From Cycas panzhihuaensis (lineage: Eukaryota; Plantae; Cycadophyta), in NCBI GenBank assembly GCA_023213395.1, contig CM041465.1, positions 150,605,741 through 150,669,740 on the forward strand: 64,000 nt of DNA, in the 5' to 3' direction. Numbering within the stretch: the first letter of the stretch is position 1; each line of letters begins with the position of its first letter. Shown here one piece after another: positions 51,801-64,000 of the stretch. The notes beneath the pieces were generated by a model. It had not been told where the DNA came from. It saw only the letters and a program-made list of their open reading frames with translations, and made no database searches. Position numbers and translations under genes: made by a program.

Positions 51801-54067
51801 TGGGGTGTGATAGCGACTTTCATCTGTGTCATTGTATTCAACCCCTTTTGCAATTACATTCCCATTATTTTTCATGTCATAAATATAACAGAAACCTTTT
51901 TCATCAAAAAGAGTACACAACCCTTTTTTCTTCAGTTGAGAGATAGAGAGAAGGTTCATTTTTAGATCTGGTACAAAGAGGACATCAGCTATTTTTTTGA
52001 GCTTGTCTTTGATCTTGACTGTAATTGTTCCAACTCCTTTGATTTTGAGAGAGTATTTATCTCCAAGTTCTACTAATTTGTTTGTAGTGTAAGCCCGTAA
52101 ATCTTCAAACCATTCCTCTTGACTAGTCATGTAACGTGAAGCTCTATAATCGATGTACCAGACTTCTTTATCTTACAGATTTACTGTTAGAGCAACAACA
52201 AAGGCTATTGCTTCTTCTTCATCTTGGTCATCATTGTCAGTCTGTTCTTTGATGTAATTTCCCATCGATTTCTTCCCTCTCTGAGTTTCTTCTTTCTTAC
52301 ATTGAAATGGATAGTGCCTAGATTGACCGTAATGATAACATTTATCAAAGGCTTTACAAGATCTAGAAAAATGACCTATCTTACCATAACTGTAACATAT
52401 CCTAGAGATGATGCTTCTACCTCTTTCCCTTGAATCTTTCCATTGTCCTTGTGGTGTGCTACTTGAGTCTTGCCATCATCCTCATGATGTGCCATAGTTC
52501 TCAAGAGTTCTTCCTTATCCCTCACTTCGACCTCTGGATCCCAGATTTAACCTAGATGTGAAGGCATCCTCAAGATCTACAACATCTTCATACCTTTTAT
52601 TTATTTATTCTTGTTGAAAGAGTAGTCCTATTAGAGTATCCAAAGACATAGTTTCCAATTGATTAGCATTGGTAATGGTATTGATTGTGACATAAAAAGA
52701 TCTAGGTAACTTACTAATTATAAGTTCTACCAATTCTTGTTCAATAAGAGGGTCACCAGCACTAGTAAGATTATTTCTTAAAGAGATTATTTTGTGTAGA
52801 AACTTAGTGATAGTCCCAGTCTCCTTCATTTGGAGATTGAACAATTTACCCCTTAGGGCTATTATTTTAGCTCTATTTTTTTAATCGTATATATTCTCCA
52901 GATATTTCCATATACTAGCAGTGGAATATAAATTTTTAATATAAATGAGGAGTGGATCAGAAATTAATAATTTTAAAATAATGATCTTGACACTATCTCT
53001 TTCTTCCTAATTTATTTGAGCAGTCCCCTCATCTTTAGGTTTTGGTTCATTTCCAGTGGTAATTTTCCATGCATTTTTAGCTCTAAGTAGAGTCTCTATT
53101 TTAATCCTCTAGATATGATAGTTGCTATCAGTGAGTTTGTCATTATTGGACAAAGCAAGCACTGAGGAATCCATGATGCAAATTAAGATTGAATTCCTGA
53201 AACCCTAGACCATACTTTTGTATAGATTTTTATATAGTACAAAAAGTGTATGGATAGGTACAAATGATACCTCAAAAGAAAGTTGAGGCAAAGGCAAGTC
53301 CACATCTGTGGTCAGTTTCCAGATTAGATCTCATATCAGAGAGAAAAATGACCTCGAAGGGTACAACTGACAGCTAGGGTTTAGAAGAAAATCACTTAAA
53401 GTCTAGAAAAATTAGCCATGAATCTAGATGAGAATGCTCTAAAAAGAAGCATAATGTAGTAACAACTAATTCTTGAAGAAGATTTAATAAAAAACTATGA
53501 GAAAATGAGAGAAATATCACTTGGAAAGAGTAAACTCATGCAAACCTAAAAGTAGGCAAAATGACCCTAAAAACTTCTTCAAATGGACTTGATACAGAAG
53601 AGAAATGTGCTCAGGACATCTAAATATATAATCTATCCAAGTTTGGTCTTGATTTAAGAACTTGAAATTTTTTTACTGTACGATTGTACAAATCCATACT
53701 AGGGCCTAGGGTGACTTTAAACAAACCCTCTGCAACCTTCTTTTACTCTCATCTTAACTTTGAATCTTTATCTAAACACCTCCTTATGTACTTCTTTAAG
53801 ATTTCCTTCAATCTGGCTTACAGATGCCAAGGTCTGTCTAATGTAATAGAATGGCCTGATATGATACCATGTTGGATGGTAACATTGGAGATGGATGGAA
53901 GATGCCTTTGTTATTGATTCACAATGTATATATACAATGAGAGCAACAACTATCTAATAACTATCTAATCTACGGATGACACGTGTCTATCATTTAATTT
54001 CATTACATTAGAGTGGACTTATGTCCTAACGTAATTATGTCCTAAGATAAAACATTATATTCTAACA
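48883..54067 (-). mobile_element. Near full-length degenerate Ty1/copia element with short LTRs; 3' LTR clipped
   Basis: 5' LTR 53870-54067 (198 bp) with PBS TGGTATCA at ~53862-53869. The 3' LTR at 48883-49061 lacks ~17 terminal nt. PPT at 49062-49072. Confidence 0.9.
49085..53174 (-). pseudogene. gag-pol: Copia gag-PR-INT-RT-RH polyprotein, many stops
   Basis: gag MDSSVLALSNNDKLTDSNYHI; PR WYIDYRASRYMT; INT FLTFIDDFTRK; RT GYKWIYKIKR and NVDDMLI; RH HSKTKHIEVQHHFIR. Confidence 0.9.
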
Positions 54068-54421
54068 ATCATTATAGTAGATAATTTATTAGATAATGTT
54101 AATGTGGCTATGAATTTTTTATATGGGAGTGGTAGACTTCTTAGCACATAAGCTATGATTTTTGAATTAGGAATGATCTCACCAATTATTAATAATTAAT
54201 CTTAAATTTATTTAATATCTCTCATAAGATCTACTATGTTTCTTGTCATATTCAATATGTATAGATGGCTCTACAGTTTGAGAGATTTCACATTGTACTT
54301 ATATTTAAATAGGTTCATAACTATATCCCATATATGCTTTAGTGTAGTGGCATCCATGATGTTCAAAATGATGCTACCACTCATTGATAAGTTGAGAAAT
54401 ATGAATATTATCTTTATCTTT
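54068..54421 (+). repeat. Copy 2 of the 354-bp flanking duplication
   Basis: Begins immediately after the LTR end at 54067; ORF-track peptides 48671-48889 and 54236-54427 are near-identical. Confidence 0.95.
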
Positions 54422-57400
54422 AATTGATAATCAACATTGAAGCCAACATCTATCTTCAATCTATTTTATAAGTCAACGATCTTATTAGCATCTTTTCCCA
54501 TTATGGAATTATTGATATACTTCTAAAGATCATTGAGATAAAATAATTATTCATCTAATCCTTTTAGACTATATAATTTATAAGACCAGTTAGCTTTTTT
54601 ATGACAACTTATATTATGCTTCCTCTAGAAGCCACTTTAAATAAAAAATAGATTAAAATGATTAAAAAATAATAAGAATAGAAATTAAAAATATAGGTTA
54701 TAAATGGTATTAGTCTGCATGCAAGTAGTTAACATGATCAACTTCATTGCCTTAATCTACTCATAAGTAGCTAAAATATGTCAAAAAATGTAAAAAATCA
54801 TTTTTCCACTAAAATTTTATATTAAATTATTGTATACAACTACTTATAGATCAAAGATCTCAACAAATCATGTGCCCTGGTATATTTACTTTCTAAAAAC
54901 TAACTCTAAACAATCCACAATTAGCTTGAGCTCCTAGAATAACATATGACTAAGGGCTAACAAGTAGGAGGGCTTCATGTTAGACTCTAAATAAAAATCC
55001 AATTAAGTTTTATGCCACTTAAACTTTAGAAAATATTAAATATATTTTAAACTAAAGTTTAATGGGAAATATTCTCCTTAGAATATTTGCCAAAACAGCA
55101 TGGGTGGCATTTAAACTCTTCACAGAAATTGTTTTTTCTAATAAATGGAGTTATTTTTTTCCAAAATAACTTTGCCACTGCACTGTCAGGCTATAGAGGA
55201 TTAGAATGACAAGTCAACATCAAGGGTTTCGTTGCATCTTTCACGAGTGAGCATGCAAAAATGGTCATCTCCCTCCTATCTTTATGATTTACCTTCTATG
55301 AGTAAAATTTCACAATAGAAGAAAATTTAGCCTTGGTACCTATTAATACTTTATGTATGTTACCTCATTAACCTTGTTACAAGTCTACATGTGACATATA
55401 TTAATCTCAAGTTCATTAGGCATCATTTATATGATCTCTTCAAGATTTGGGCATCTTTTGTCCTCCATTTATCTTTTATTTACTTCCTATACTTGCCTAA
55501 AGCTTATGAAACACTGTTTGTGGCCCTTTATAATTGATTTATTACCTACTTGATGATTTTTTTGGCTCAAACTGAGAGAAATCATCCTCTATGCCTCCAT
55601 TTAGCAATAAGTTTGTGGGTTTAAAAACATAATATTTTCTCTAAATGAAGGTTGTAATAGCTTCTCTAAGCTTTGAAAAGTTGGGTGCCTATCTTAAATC
55701 AAAGTTTGGTAGCAAAATAATTGTGTTTCAAGCAACAAATATTGTTATAGGTTTCTTGTGAAGAGATGCAAGTTATGTAACCTCCATAATATGAAAATTT
55801 TAATTTATTATATAAAGTATAAAACTTTACTTTATATTCTTTAGGATATTCTTCAAGAATATACCCATTTTAATGTGTGTGCCCTTTATAGAGTTAATAA
55901 AATAAACTTTTTAATGTATTATTTCATCAAGCCTCTTTTTTATCATTTCATCACTATACATCATTTGATTATTTTCTATCATTTTTTAGTACTTTTCCAT
56001 TGTGATCAATCTTTTAGAAAAGATTTTCTTTTATTGTTTATTCACTTTAACTAAAAGTATCAATCTTTTAATAAAAGATTTTAATCACTTTAGTGGAGGT
56101 TCTTTAGGGGATTTACTACTAATCTTAATTACTATATATGATGTTTAATAGAAGATTAATACTCAAATTTTTAACTTTTAGTAGAGGTATTTTGCTCACT
56201 ATTTATATATAGGTGCATGCATATTTGGGCCTAATTGTATGTGAGTTTTTGAGCCCACATATCATCTGCCTTATAAAAGGTATCTATCTACCAATCTATT
56301 TATCTTTAATTCAACCTACATGTCTTTGTTTTATACCTGTATATCACTATTTATGTCTATATATCACTATTATAATAATATATGATCTTCTCAATAAATA
56401 GAGTAATAAATTTAAGCTAAAGAATCACTTAATATATCTGTATATTAATGATTAACAAATTCATACAAGATAATAAAAAGATTTAAATAACAAATATTAT
56501 AGAGTTTGCTATAGAGAAAAGAATATTAAATAAATCATGTTGAATAGGTATCTTCAACCCGTGAATTAAATTACACCATTAAAATTAATCAAATAAGCAT
56601 TTGTAGCTTGTTAGTGGTTGCTCCTCCTTGAAGAAAATTATTACTTTTATTTGCTTGATAGTACTGAGATGACTACGATTGAAAACAATCATTATAGGAG
56701 AGCACCTTTGCATGAATACCAGTAACTTGCAATGCTAAAGATCTTATAAAATTGCTAAAAAGGTGAATTTTTCAGCTTTCTAAATAGTAAAATAGTTTGT
56801 AATAACACAAAAAACTAGCTATGATACTTGTAAGTTATTAAACATTAAACCTGATAAGAATAGAGACGTAATTTTATAGTATTTATTATCAATTAAACAT
56901 AGAAATTGTATTCAAATTAATGACACAATCTCAAAGTAAAACAATCTCCTATTAAATTCAACAATGTACTATATATACATAAATACAAGTTTTAAAAAGA
57001 ATCTAATCCCTAACTAGGTGATACATATGATGTGAGAGTTGTAACCCTCGATGACTCATCACTTATATAATAATTAAATAATACTAACATCTAATATAAA
57101 ACAAAACTTTAAGGGGAGTCTTATAAACTAAGTTATAAGATATGAATAAACATTAATATAAACATTTTCTATCAATCATCTATCAAAATTAAAGTTCAAA
57201 TTGAGATCTATAAGTTTTAATATAAATTAGTAATATAAAGATGTTAGAGGCATTTTATATAGTCATTCCAAAAAAGAGACATCTTAGAGCCTCAAAAATA
57301 CATTTTTATTTTACGTGTATAAACATTAATACATGAGAGGGGAGGTACAAATGCACAACCTAGCTATGGACCAAAGGGTGAAGGGGATCTAAGCTAAATA

Positions 57401-57961
57401 GGGAGTGAGCCTATTGCTCTTATGGGGAACTCATATATCTCGTGGATATGTGTATGAGGACAAAAAGAAACTAATCCTAAACTAGAGGTAATGTTTAATA
57501 TATGTGTAAAAGTGAATAGGAAAGAGCTTGGAAAAAAGTAACTAATCATGAACTAGCAAGCTAACAATACAAATAAGCACATGATAAGGTAAATATACAT
57601 GAAAACAAATGTGATCTACTAACTAATTAAAATCATAGAAATAAAATTAATCTATCTAATAGCAAGTGCCCCTCTAGGGAATAAATAGCACCTAAAAAAA
57701 GGCCCTCAAGTTGTGAGGGTATCATCAGGATGCATGCACTCCAAATAAAGTTGTATCTATATGTCTAACTTATACAATTAACCCACCCAAGGTAGACTAA
57801 CCTATCATATCCCTTACTCCCAAATAATCTTATAATATTAGGCTCAATCTAAAAATATAAGAATGAAACTACCTAAAATAAGATGCCTAAAGGAGTCAAG
57901 ACCATAAGATAGATCCACTTATGTATAAATTAGTGGAAATTCATTAATATTGATAACCCAT

Positions 57962-60900
57962 TATTTTTTAACTTCTAGGAATGACATCGACACGATGACA
58001 TAGGTAAGTGTAGTTACATGTCCCTATCTTTATTTCCTATCATATTTATTATGCTATTTTATTTTATATGATGTAAAATTGAATGTTAGACATATTCTTG
58101 CTTGGCTTGCATGTGCCTTCTTTTATTTAGATGATGACTAGGACTAATATTTAAGGCCCTAGAGCCCCTCTCTACATCCCTTTAGCTCTCTTTTTAGGCC
58201 CATTCTCATTCATTTGGTCTCCTTTCTCCCTTATAGATACTGGTCACCCCTAATTTTAGGTTTTGAGGCTAGTTTTAAGGAGTTAGAGTGGCCTTAAGAT
58301 AGGGTTTAGGCTCCTTTTTAATAGTCCACTACTATAGTACAAAAAGTGGTACCAAAGAGCAATTCATAGTACTATAGATCTGTGGTACCACAAGTTTGTC
58401 TACAGTATGATTATTCTAGCTCCCAACCATGGCTCCAATAGCTAAACAACTCTTTTGCTACCTTATTTACTGGGCTTGGGGCAATACATCAGCCTAGGTC
58501 AGTTCATCATACACTAAGGAACCTCATTGGACCTCCAATTTCATGTTTTATTCAATTTTTCTTAAGATTTGAATCCTCCTCCTTAGCTCTATCCATGGTT
58601 TTAGGTGGTGGTTTCTCTACCTTGTGGGCATGAAACCACCACCTCCTCACCTTGTTATTTCCTATAAAACCCCTCCAATTTGAGGGTAGGATATCATACA
58701 TCTTCCATTCTTCTTATAATACTAAAATACTATTAAAACTATGCCATAATAACCCTTCTTCTCTTAATATAACTTGCATGATTTTGGAGCTAAGGTGAAG
58801 AAGTTAGAGATCAACCCTAGTGAAAGTAAAGGAGCATTAGAGAGCTTCATGTTGGGTGGATATCACTTCTTACCTCTCTATTAGATTGGGAATCCCCAAT
58901 CCTACCTTGGTTTACCATTTTGTAAGACTCCCTCTCACCCTTTCCCTCCTTGCTTTGTTATTATTGTCTTGCATAACTAGGGTTGTTTGGATTTGGTGGT
59001 TTCTCCTTTCATTACAATAGTAGAAGATAGGGTTGGATTTGCTCAATCTCTCCTTCCATTTTTGTAAACACCTTCTATTGAGTTGTAAGTTCATGTTAGA
59101 AAGGCTCTCTTTAGTACAACTAAGGAAACTACCTTTGTAGGTGAGTCCATGCCATTCCAAGGCACTTCTTCTCTCCTTGCTTCATATTTATTTTGTTGTT
59201 ATTCTACTATTCATTGCATATGCATACATGCATACTTCATAACTATGTATTGGTTAACCTTTTCATGCAATTAGATTTATTGAAAGATTGCTAGGATATT
59301 TCTTCCTTTAGATCTAATATGTAGGTATAGGAAGGAGTAACCCTCTACCATTTACATTAGAGTTTGAAGAAGGTGCACCTCAACAAGGTGAGCACCTCTT
59401 ATTTCTTACACTTATGGTTGCATATATTCTTTTACTTATTCCTTTGATTGCTTTCCATTCATTATCTTTTTATTTGGGGAGGGTAAGTGGAGCCCCCTTA
59501 TTCTATTATAACTGGTAATATAAGCATTAGAAAGGAGGATGAAGAGAGGTGTTACCAGCCATTAATTAAGCCTGATGCACCTCTTTCCCCTTCTCTTTTG
59601 TTATTTTATATGCTTACTATTATTCTCACTCTTCTCCCCAATGTAAGAATTCCTCCCTCCAGTTGTTTATTCCTTTTTAGTTGCATAATCATTGAAAATA
59701 TAAAATAAGGAAGTAGAGGAGGGTTTCTTGCATAATAAAAAATATAAAGAAATTAATTTATAAGAAAGGAAATAGTTTTTTCTTTCCCTTTTATTTTAGC
59801 AAAAAGAATATTGAAAGCAAGGGTATTTTGGGCTAGGGTTACATGTAGGAAAGGAGCATTCACCTTTTTTGAGGTGCATGAGCACCTTACATGGGCCACC
59901 CAAGACTCCTTTACATCCCATACTAGGTCTCACACCCTAGGCCTAGCTCCCCATGGTGTTTATTATCTTAGGTACCCCCAGTAAGGGAGATCTCACTAGA
60001 GACCATACTAGGGAATGTCGATTATAATGCTTTAGGTTTCCTTTAGCTTTCTTGTGTACCTTTTCCCTTGCATAGGACCTTCTAGGGTGTCTTTCTTTTA
60101 GATTTCTTATTTATTACTTCTTTTCCTTCTTGGTCTTCTCTACTTCCTTACATAGAGTGGTTCACTCATAGATGTGATATTTCTCATACCACTTGCATGG
60201 TTTACCTCTTATTAAAGCAGAGCACTTTTATTCTTATGTCCCCTCATATAAGAGTCTCCAATGGAGAGTTATCCTTTTGATTGGGCTAATGACCCTTGTG
60301 CTTCAGATTAGCCTCATCCTAAGGCCCCTTCTTCCTAGTACGATCCTACCTAAGTTGGAAGAGATCCCACATATTATAATACCAACTCTGTTGAAGGTTT
60401 CCAAGACCTTCAATCACTCCCTATGTATGTCATAAGGAGTTATCAACCTAGGGATCCTACTTCATGCCCTAAAGGGTTCCTCCCATCTTATCCATCTTAT
60501 TTTAGTTGTTAAGGGGAAGTTCCCACCTCTTACGACCAATCATATGCTTCTCATAGAGATATGGTCGATGCCTTATGGGAATGCCAACTACGCAACCACT
60601 CCCCAAGTGGTTGTAAAGGTTCTTTCAAACTTTTCCCTCTATCTTCTATCGTTCCCCCTCCTTCATCCATTTCTTCCACTTCCTTTACTCTCTAGGAAGC
60701 AGTTTTAGTAGGGCATGTTTCCACATGCATCTCTCCTAGCTAGTTGGCCACTTTAAGCATACAAACCCCTCAAGCATAGGTAAGTATACCTTCACTTCTA
60801 ATAAACATACCCCAACCTATTACAATACTAACCCCTTCTTTTCCTTCAATCATGCCCTTTCCTATATTCCATATAGGACATGGGGGCATGGATTCCATCC

Positions 60901-62453
60901 ATCTGTAGCCAGAAACTATAGACCCTTTACTTTACATTCCTCCAGGGTATACATCTTAACCTTAAGGTCATGGGGGATCAAATCCTATTATTACATATGG
61001 GGTTGATCCCCTTCATCCTTATGGGGTTACCGCTACACTTGGGGGTCCATATGGGCAAAACCCCTTTCTCCATCCTATGTTTTATCAACCTTGCTCTATG
61101 TCTTACATAGGTTCTTCTTCGCACATCTACCCATCTACTCCCATAAGAGAATATCCTCAACCCTCACATCCTTATATAGCTTATCCCTGAGGTATAATAC
61201 GAACCTCTCACCCACCTCCTTACTCAAAGACTTCCCATTTGGGGGTTGTATACTCTTATCTATCAAAGGGATAGCCTACCCTCCTACCTCCTATGCTCCT
61301 TGTCAATAAGGGTATCATCCTTACTATGCCACCTTATACTTGCCATATGTTGGAGGTGGGAATTCTTATACTATATTCCTTTATTCCCAAGTTGACCCAT
61401 TGATCCAACTAAGGACTTATCCCTTTGTTGATTATTGATTAACCCCATTATCCATCAAGGTGTTAAGAACCAACTTACGGCCTCATCATCTTGAGGTACC
61501 CAAGTTTGATAGCACCTCCTCTCATGACCTAACTAAGCATGTCAGGGTATTTCCCATGGCATGTATAGACTATTGGGCCCATGACCATATTGCAATGAAA
61601 CTTTTCCCTAGATCTCTTTAGGGATATGCTCTTAAATGGTTCTATCATCTCTATACTCATTACATCTTAACATTTTAGTAGTTAGTTGAAGAATTCGTCA
61701 ATTATTTCATTATTGCCCAACCTTTTGAAACTGGGGTCAAAGCCCTACTCTCACTGAAACAAGGCCCTAAGAAACTAAACTATAATTTTGCATGGTGGTT
61801 ACATGATATACTTTACTCTTCTAAGGCCACATTACCAAAAGAGTTAAAGTAAGACCTTTTTATTAATAAATTATGCCCTAAGGTGCATACTAAGGACCTA
61901 AAGATGGGGGCAAGCTCTTATGATTCTTCCATAGCTAAATTCTTAGAGTTAGAAGCTATTGAGATATAAGTCAATCTCAAGAAGATTTGATGGTAATCGT
62001 AATATTGTGAGGTACCTCCTCCCCCATGTGACCAAAAGAGGTAACAACCAACTTCTAGGCTTCTTATCGACACAAATGACAAGACCTTAGATCACATTAC
62101 ATATGTTATTTTCTCTTTTGAGTGAAGGTTAAAGATCTTAAATTACAACTGACTCAAACCTCTCTTAAATTCCCACATCTTATTTATCAAACTTTCAAGA
62201 TCACCTTATTAATAAAATCTAACACTACCTGAGGAAGGGAATACAATCCCCTGCGAAAAAGAAGTAGTGTTCTATTTACATTAAGTGTTTCTACAATGAC
62301 TTGTAGTGTTGGAAGTAATACCCTAAACTTGTCCCATCTCATGAGCCTCTTTCATAGGGTTGTTCCAAGCCAAATTTGGAGCAACCTATTCATCATGATC
62401 TATTTTCTAACTATAAGGAATATGATCACTCTCATCAAAATAATAAAGCAAGG
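57962..62453 (+). mobile_element. Tat-family copy C (5' LTR ~57962-59995, PBS 59997-60014, gag), heavily decayed
   Basis: LTR start resembles copies A and B. PBS TAGAGACCATACTAGGGA. The gag at ~61440-61900 (VLRTNLRPHHLEVPKFD...ACIDYWAHDHIAMKLFP) is homologous to 1444-1716. Confidence 0.8.
60300..62453 (+). pseudogene. gag: Degenerate Tat gag
   Basis: Collinear similarity to copy A gag, including YGVDP..PYG repeats and ALKWFYHL; start coordinate approximate. Confidence 0.75.
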
Positions 62454-63593
62454 TGTTAAGGAAACTAGGTCCCTATAACCAAAAACTGTCACTAAGATCT
62501 AAACTATTTTGTAACTAGTTATATGAATTGAAACTAAAATTTAACATAAAAGTTATTAAATTAGAGATAATACAATAAATAAATAAAAAAGCCAAAGCAT
62601 CACATATACACCATATATAACATGGTAAAACCCTAGCATTGTGCTAGGAAAACATCCACACAAGAAATGTATCAATCTTTATTATCCAATAATGGAGAAA
62701 TATACATAATCTATAGTAGAATGCTCATAGCAATAACACCCAACTACCTCTACTCAATACATTATATCTAACACATCAAATACCATCAACATAATAGAAA
62801 AAACACCCTAAATTATGCTATATGAGAGAGTCATACAAGGCACAAATCTCGACTATCAAATCTGGGGTATTTTGAATAAATAACCCTAATTCTTTTTATA
62901 ATTTAGTATGTTTTATAGTGCTAGTTTTTTGGGTTAGGGGCTACCACCCATGAACCCATTCTTTGTGAGGTAGGGAGGGGATGGTTATTTGCGCCCTGCC
63001 CCCCCACCCCCCCCCTCCCCCTCTTAGATCCTCCCACTAAAGTTTAGAGGGGAGGGGATGGTTATCTGCGCCCCCTCCCCCTTAGATCCTCCCACTAAAG
63101 TTTAGAGGGGAAACCGTGCTACCAACTTGTCAAAATTTTTGCCTCCAAAATATTTTTGTCATATTATCTAATAGTCTCTATCTTGATAATAATTTACTTG
63201 ATACCTTCCCTAAACCATTAATTATCTTTTCTGAAAACCAAGAGAAGTCAAGTACTATTTGAACTTCTCTAATAGGACTAATTTTATGAATATGTCAACA
63301 TAATTCTATTTTGTATTAACCTTCTCAAGTGTTATTGCACATATTTCCATAACCTCTCTAACAAAATGGTACGTAAGAGCAATATGCTTTGTCCTACTAT
63401 GATAAGTTGTATTCTTTACTAAGTAAATAGAACTTTGAAAATCACAAAATACCTTTACCTTTTCCTATTTTCTTATAAGCTTAACCAATAGACCCTGTAA
63501 CTAGATTACTTTCTTATAAGCATGTACTGCAATAACATATTCTATTTCTGTAGTTGATAATACAATTGTACTCTGCAATTTTGACATCCAACT
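62454..63593 (-). mobile_element. 3' end of a Ty1/copia element: 3' LTR 62454-63173 plus RNase H remnant
   Basis: LTR homologous to solo LTR 11610-12241, with an internal ~60-75 bp tandem duplication near 62975-63110. The minus frame reads FCDFQSSIYLVKNTTYHSRTKHIALTYHF. Confidence 0.85.
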
Positions 63594-64000
63594 TGAAGGA
63601 AGGATGGAGCTAGGAGATAAATCACTCACATGCACACAATGGCAATGGAGAATGAAAAAGAAGATAAAATAAGATATGAGAGCAAGCTTAGAGGTGAGAA
63701 TGAATAATGACTCCCTCCTTGAGATTTCACCTTTTACTATTGAGGGTGAGCATTAGGGTTAGGATTTTTTCGCCTAATGACATGAACCTGAAATTACATC
63801 TAAATGCACATAAAGTACATTTCATTAAGAGACTAATGCTAATAATATATCCTAAGGTCACATAATTAATCTACACAAATGACCTTGATACATTAACCTC
63901 TTTCAATCCCCCCTTAATAGTGGAAGGTCATTTTTAGAAAATCTATTCTATGAGGTCTTCATTTGAGCCTTAATATTACATTGAAATTCTAAATGACACT
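63594..64000 (-). mobile_element. 3' LTR (63594-63905) and PPT of another LTR element inserted in the copia RNase H
   Basis: TGAAGGA...TCTTTCA inverted termini followed by ATCCCCCCTTAA (reverse PPT); it interrupts the RH frame abruptly. Confidence 0.65.

Larger units (their letters stand above)
47255..57089 (-). mobile_element. Old Ty1/copia remnant (gag, Zn knuckle, PR, 5' part of INT), cut by Tat copy B and by the 48883-54067 copia
   Basis: INT YFITFMDV (~47450-47480), PR WFIDSCALKIM (47890-48135), knuckle CYHYGKLGHMKKDYW (~48300), gag at 48500-48880 and 54068-54600. A candidate 5' LTR at 56829-57089 with a PBS remnant at 56818-56828 is tentatively assigned to this element. Confidence 0.6.

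Noticed and set aside
55330-55513. Alternative PBS/5' LTR for the old copia remnant
   Set aside because: The PBS match is poor and no partner LTR is in the window; 56829-57089 is a better, still tentative, candidate.
55500-56800. Host gene or regulatory region in the AT-rich stretch
   Set aside because: No convincing coding frame or splice structure; probably decayed TE UTR.

Overview
Plant nuclear heterochromatin made almost entirely of nested, decayed LTR retrotransposons. It is most likely a gymnosperm, inferred from the Tat-type element architecture and heavy CG/CHG deamination. I found no intact host gene, RNA gene or CRISPR array. The backbone is an old Ty3/gypsy Tat element (+ strand, <5523-47254) that sits in an older copia remnant. 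It has taken a younger copy of its own family (1-5522, -), a copia solo LTR, a CRM-like chromovirus (12855-25334, -), two full-length copia elements (27038-34215 and 35163-40219) and a gag/protease-only gypsy derivative (42634-47187). With these inserts removed, the ~5.9 kb Tat 3' region holds an unknown sense ORF, an antisense Plant Mobile Domain (PMD) ORF and a free-standing archaeal-type RNase H downstream of integrase. The ORF track misses the PMD and RNase H frames because of stop codons. Inside the chromovirus is a gag-only, non-autonomous copia (18413-24153) carrying an antisense fragment of the nuclear RNA-silencing/splicing gene NRDE2 behind a CpG-retaining island. A copia at 48883-54067 is flanked by a 354-bp direct duplication instead of a 5-bp TSD and has one clipped LTR end, which suggests aberrant one-ended integration. 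All homology calls come from motif recognition by eye, not database searches.
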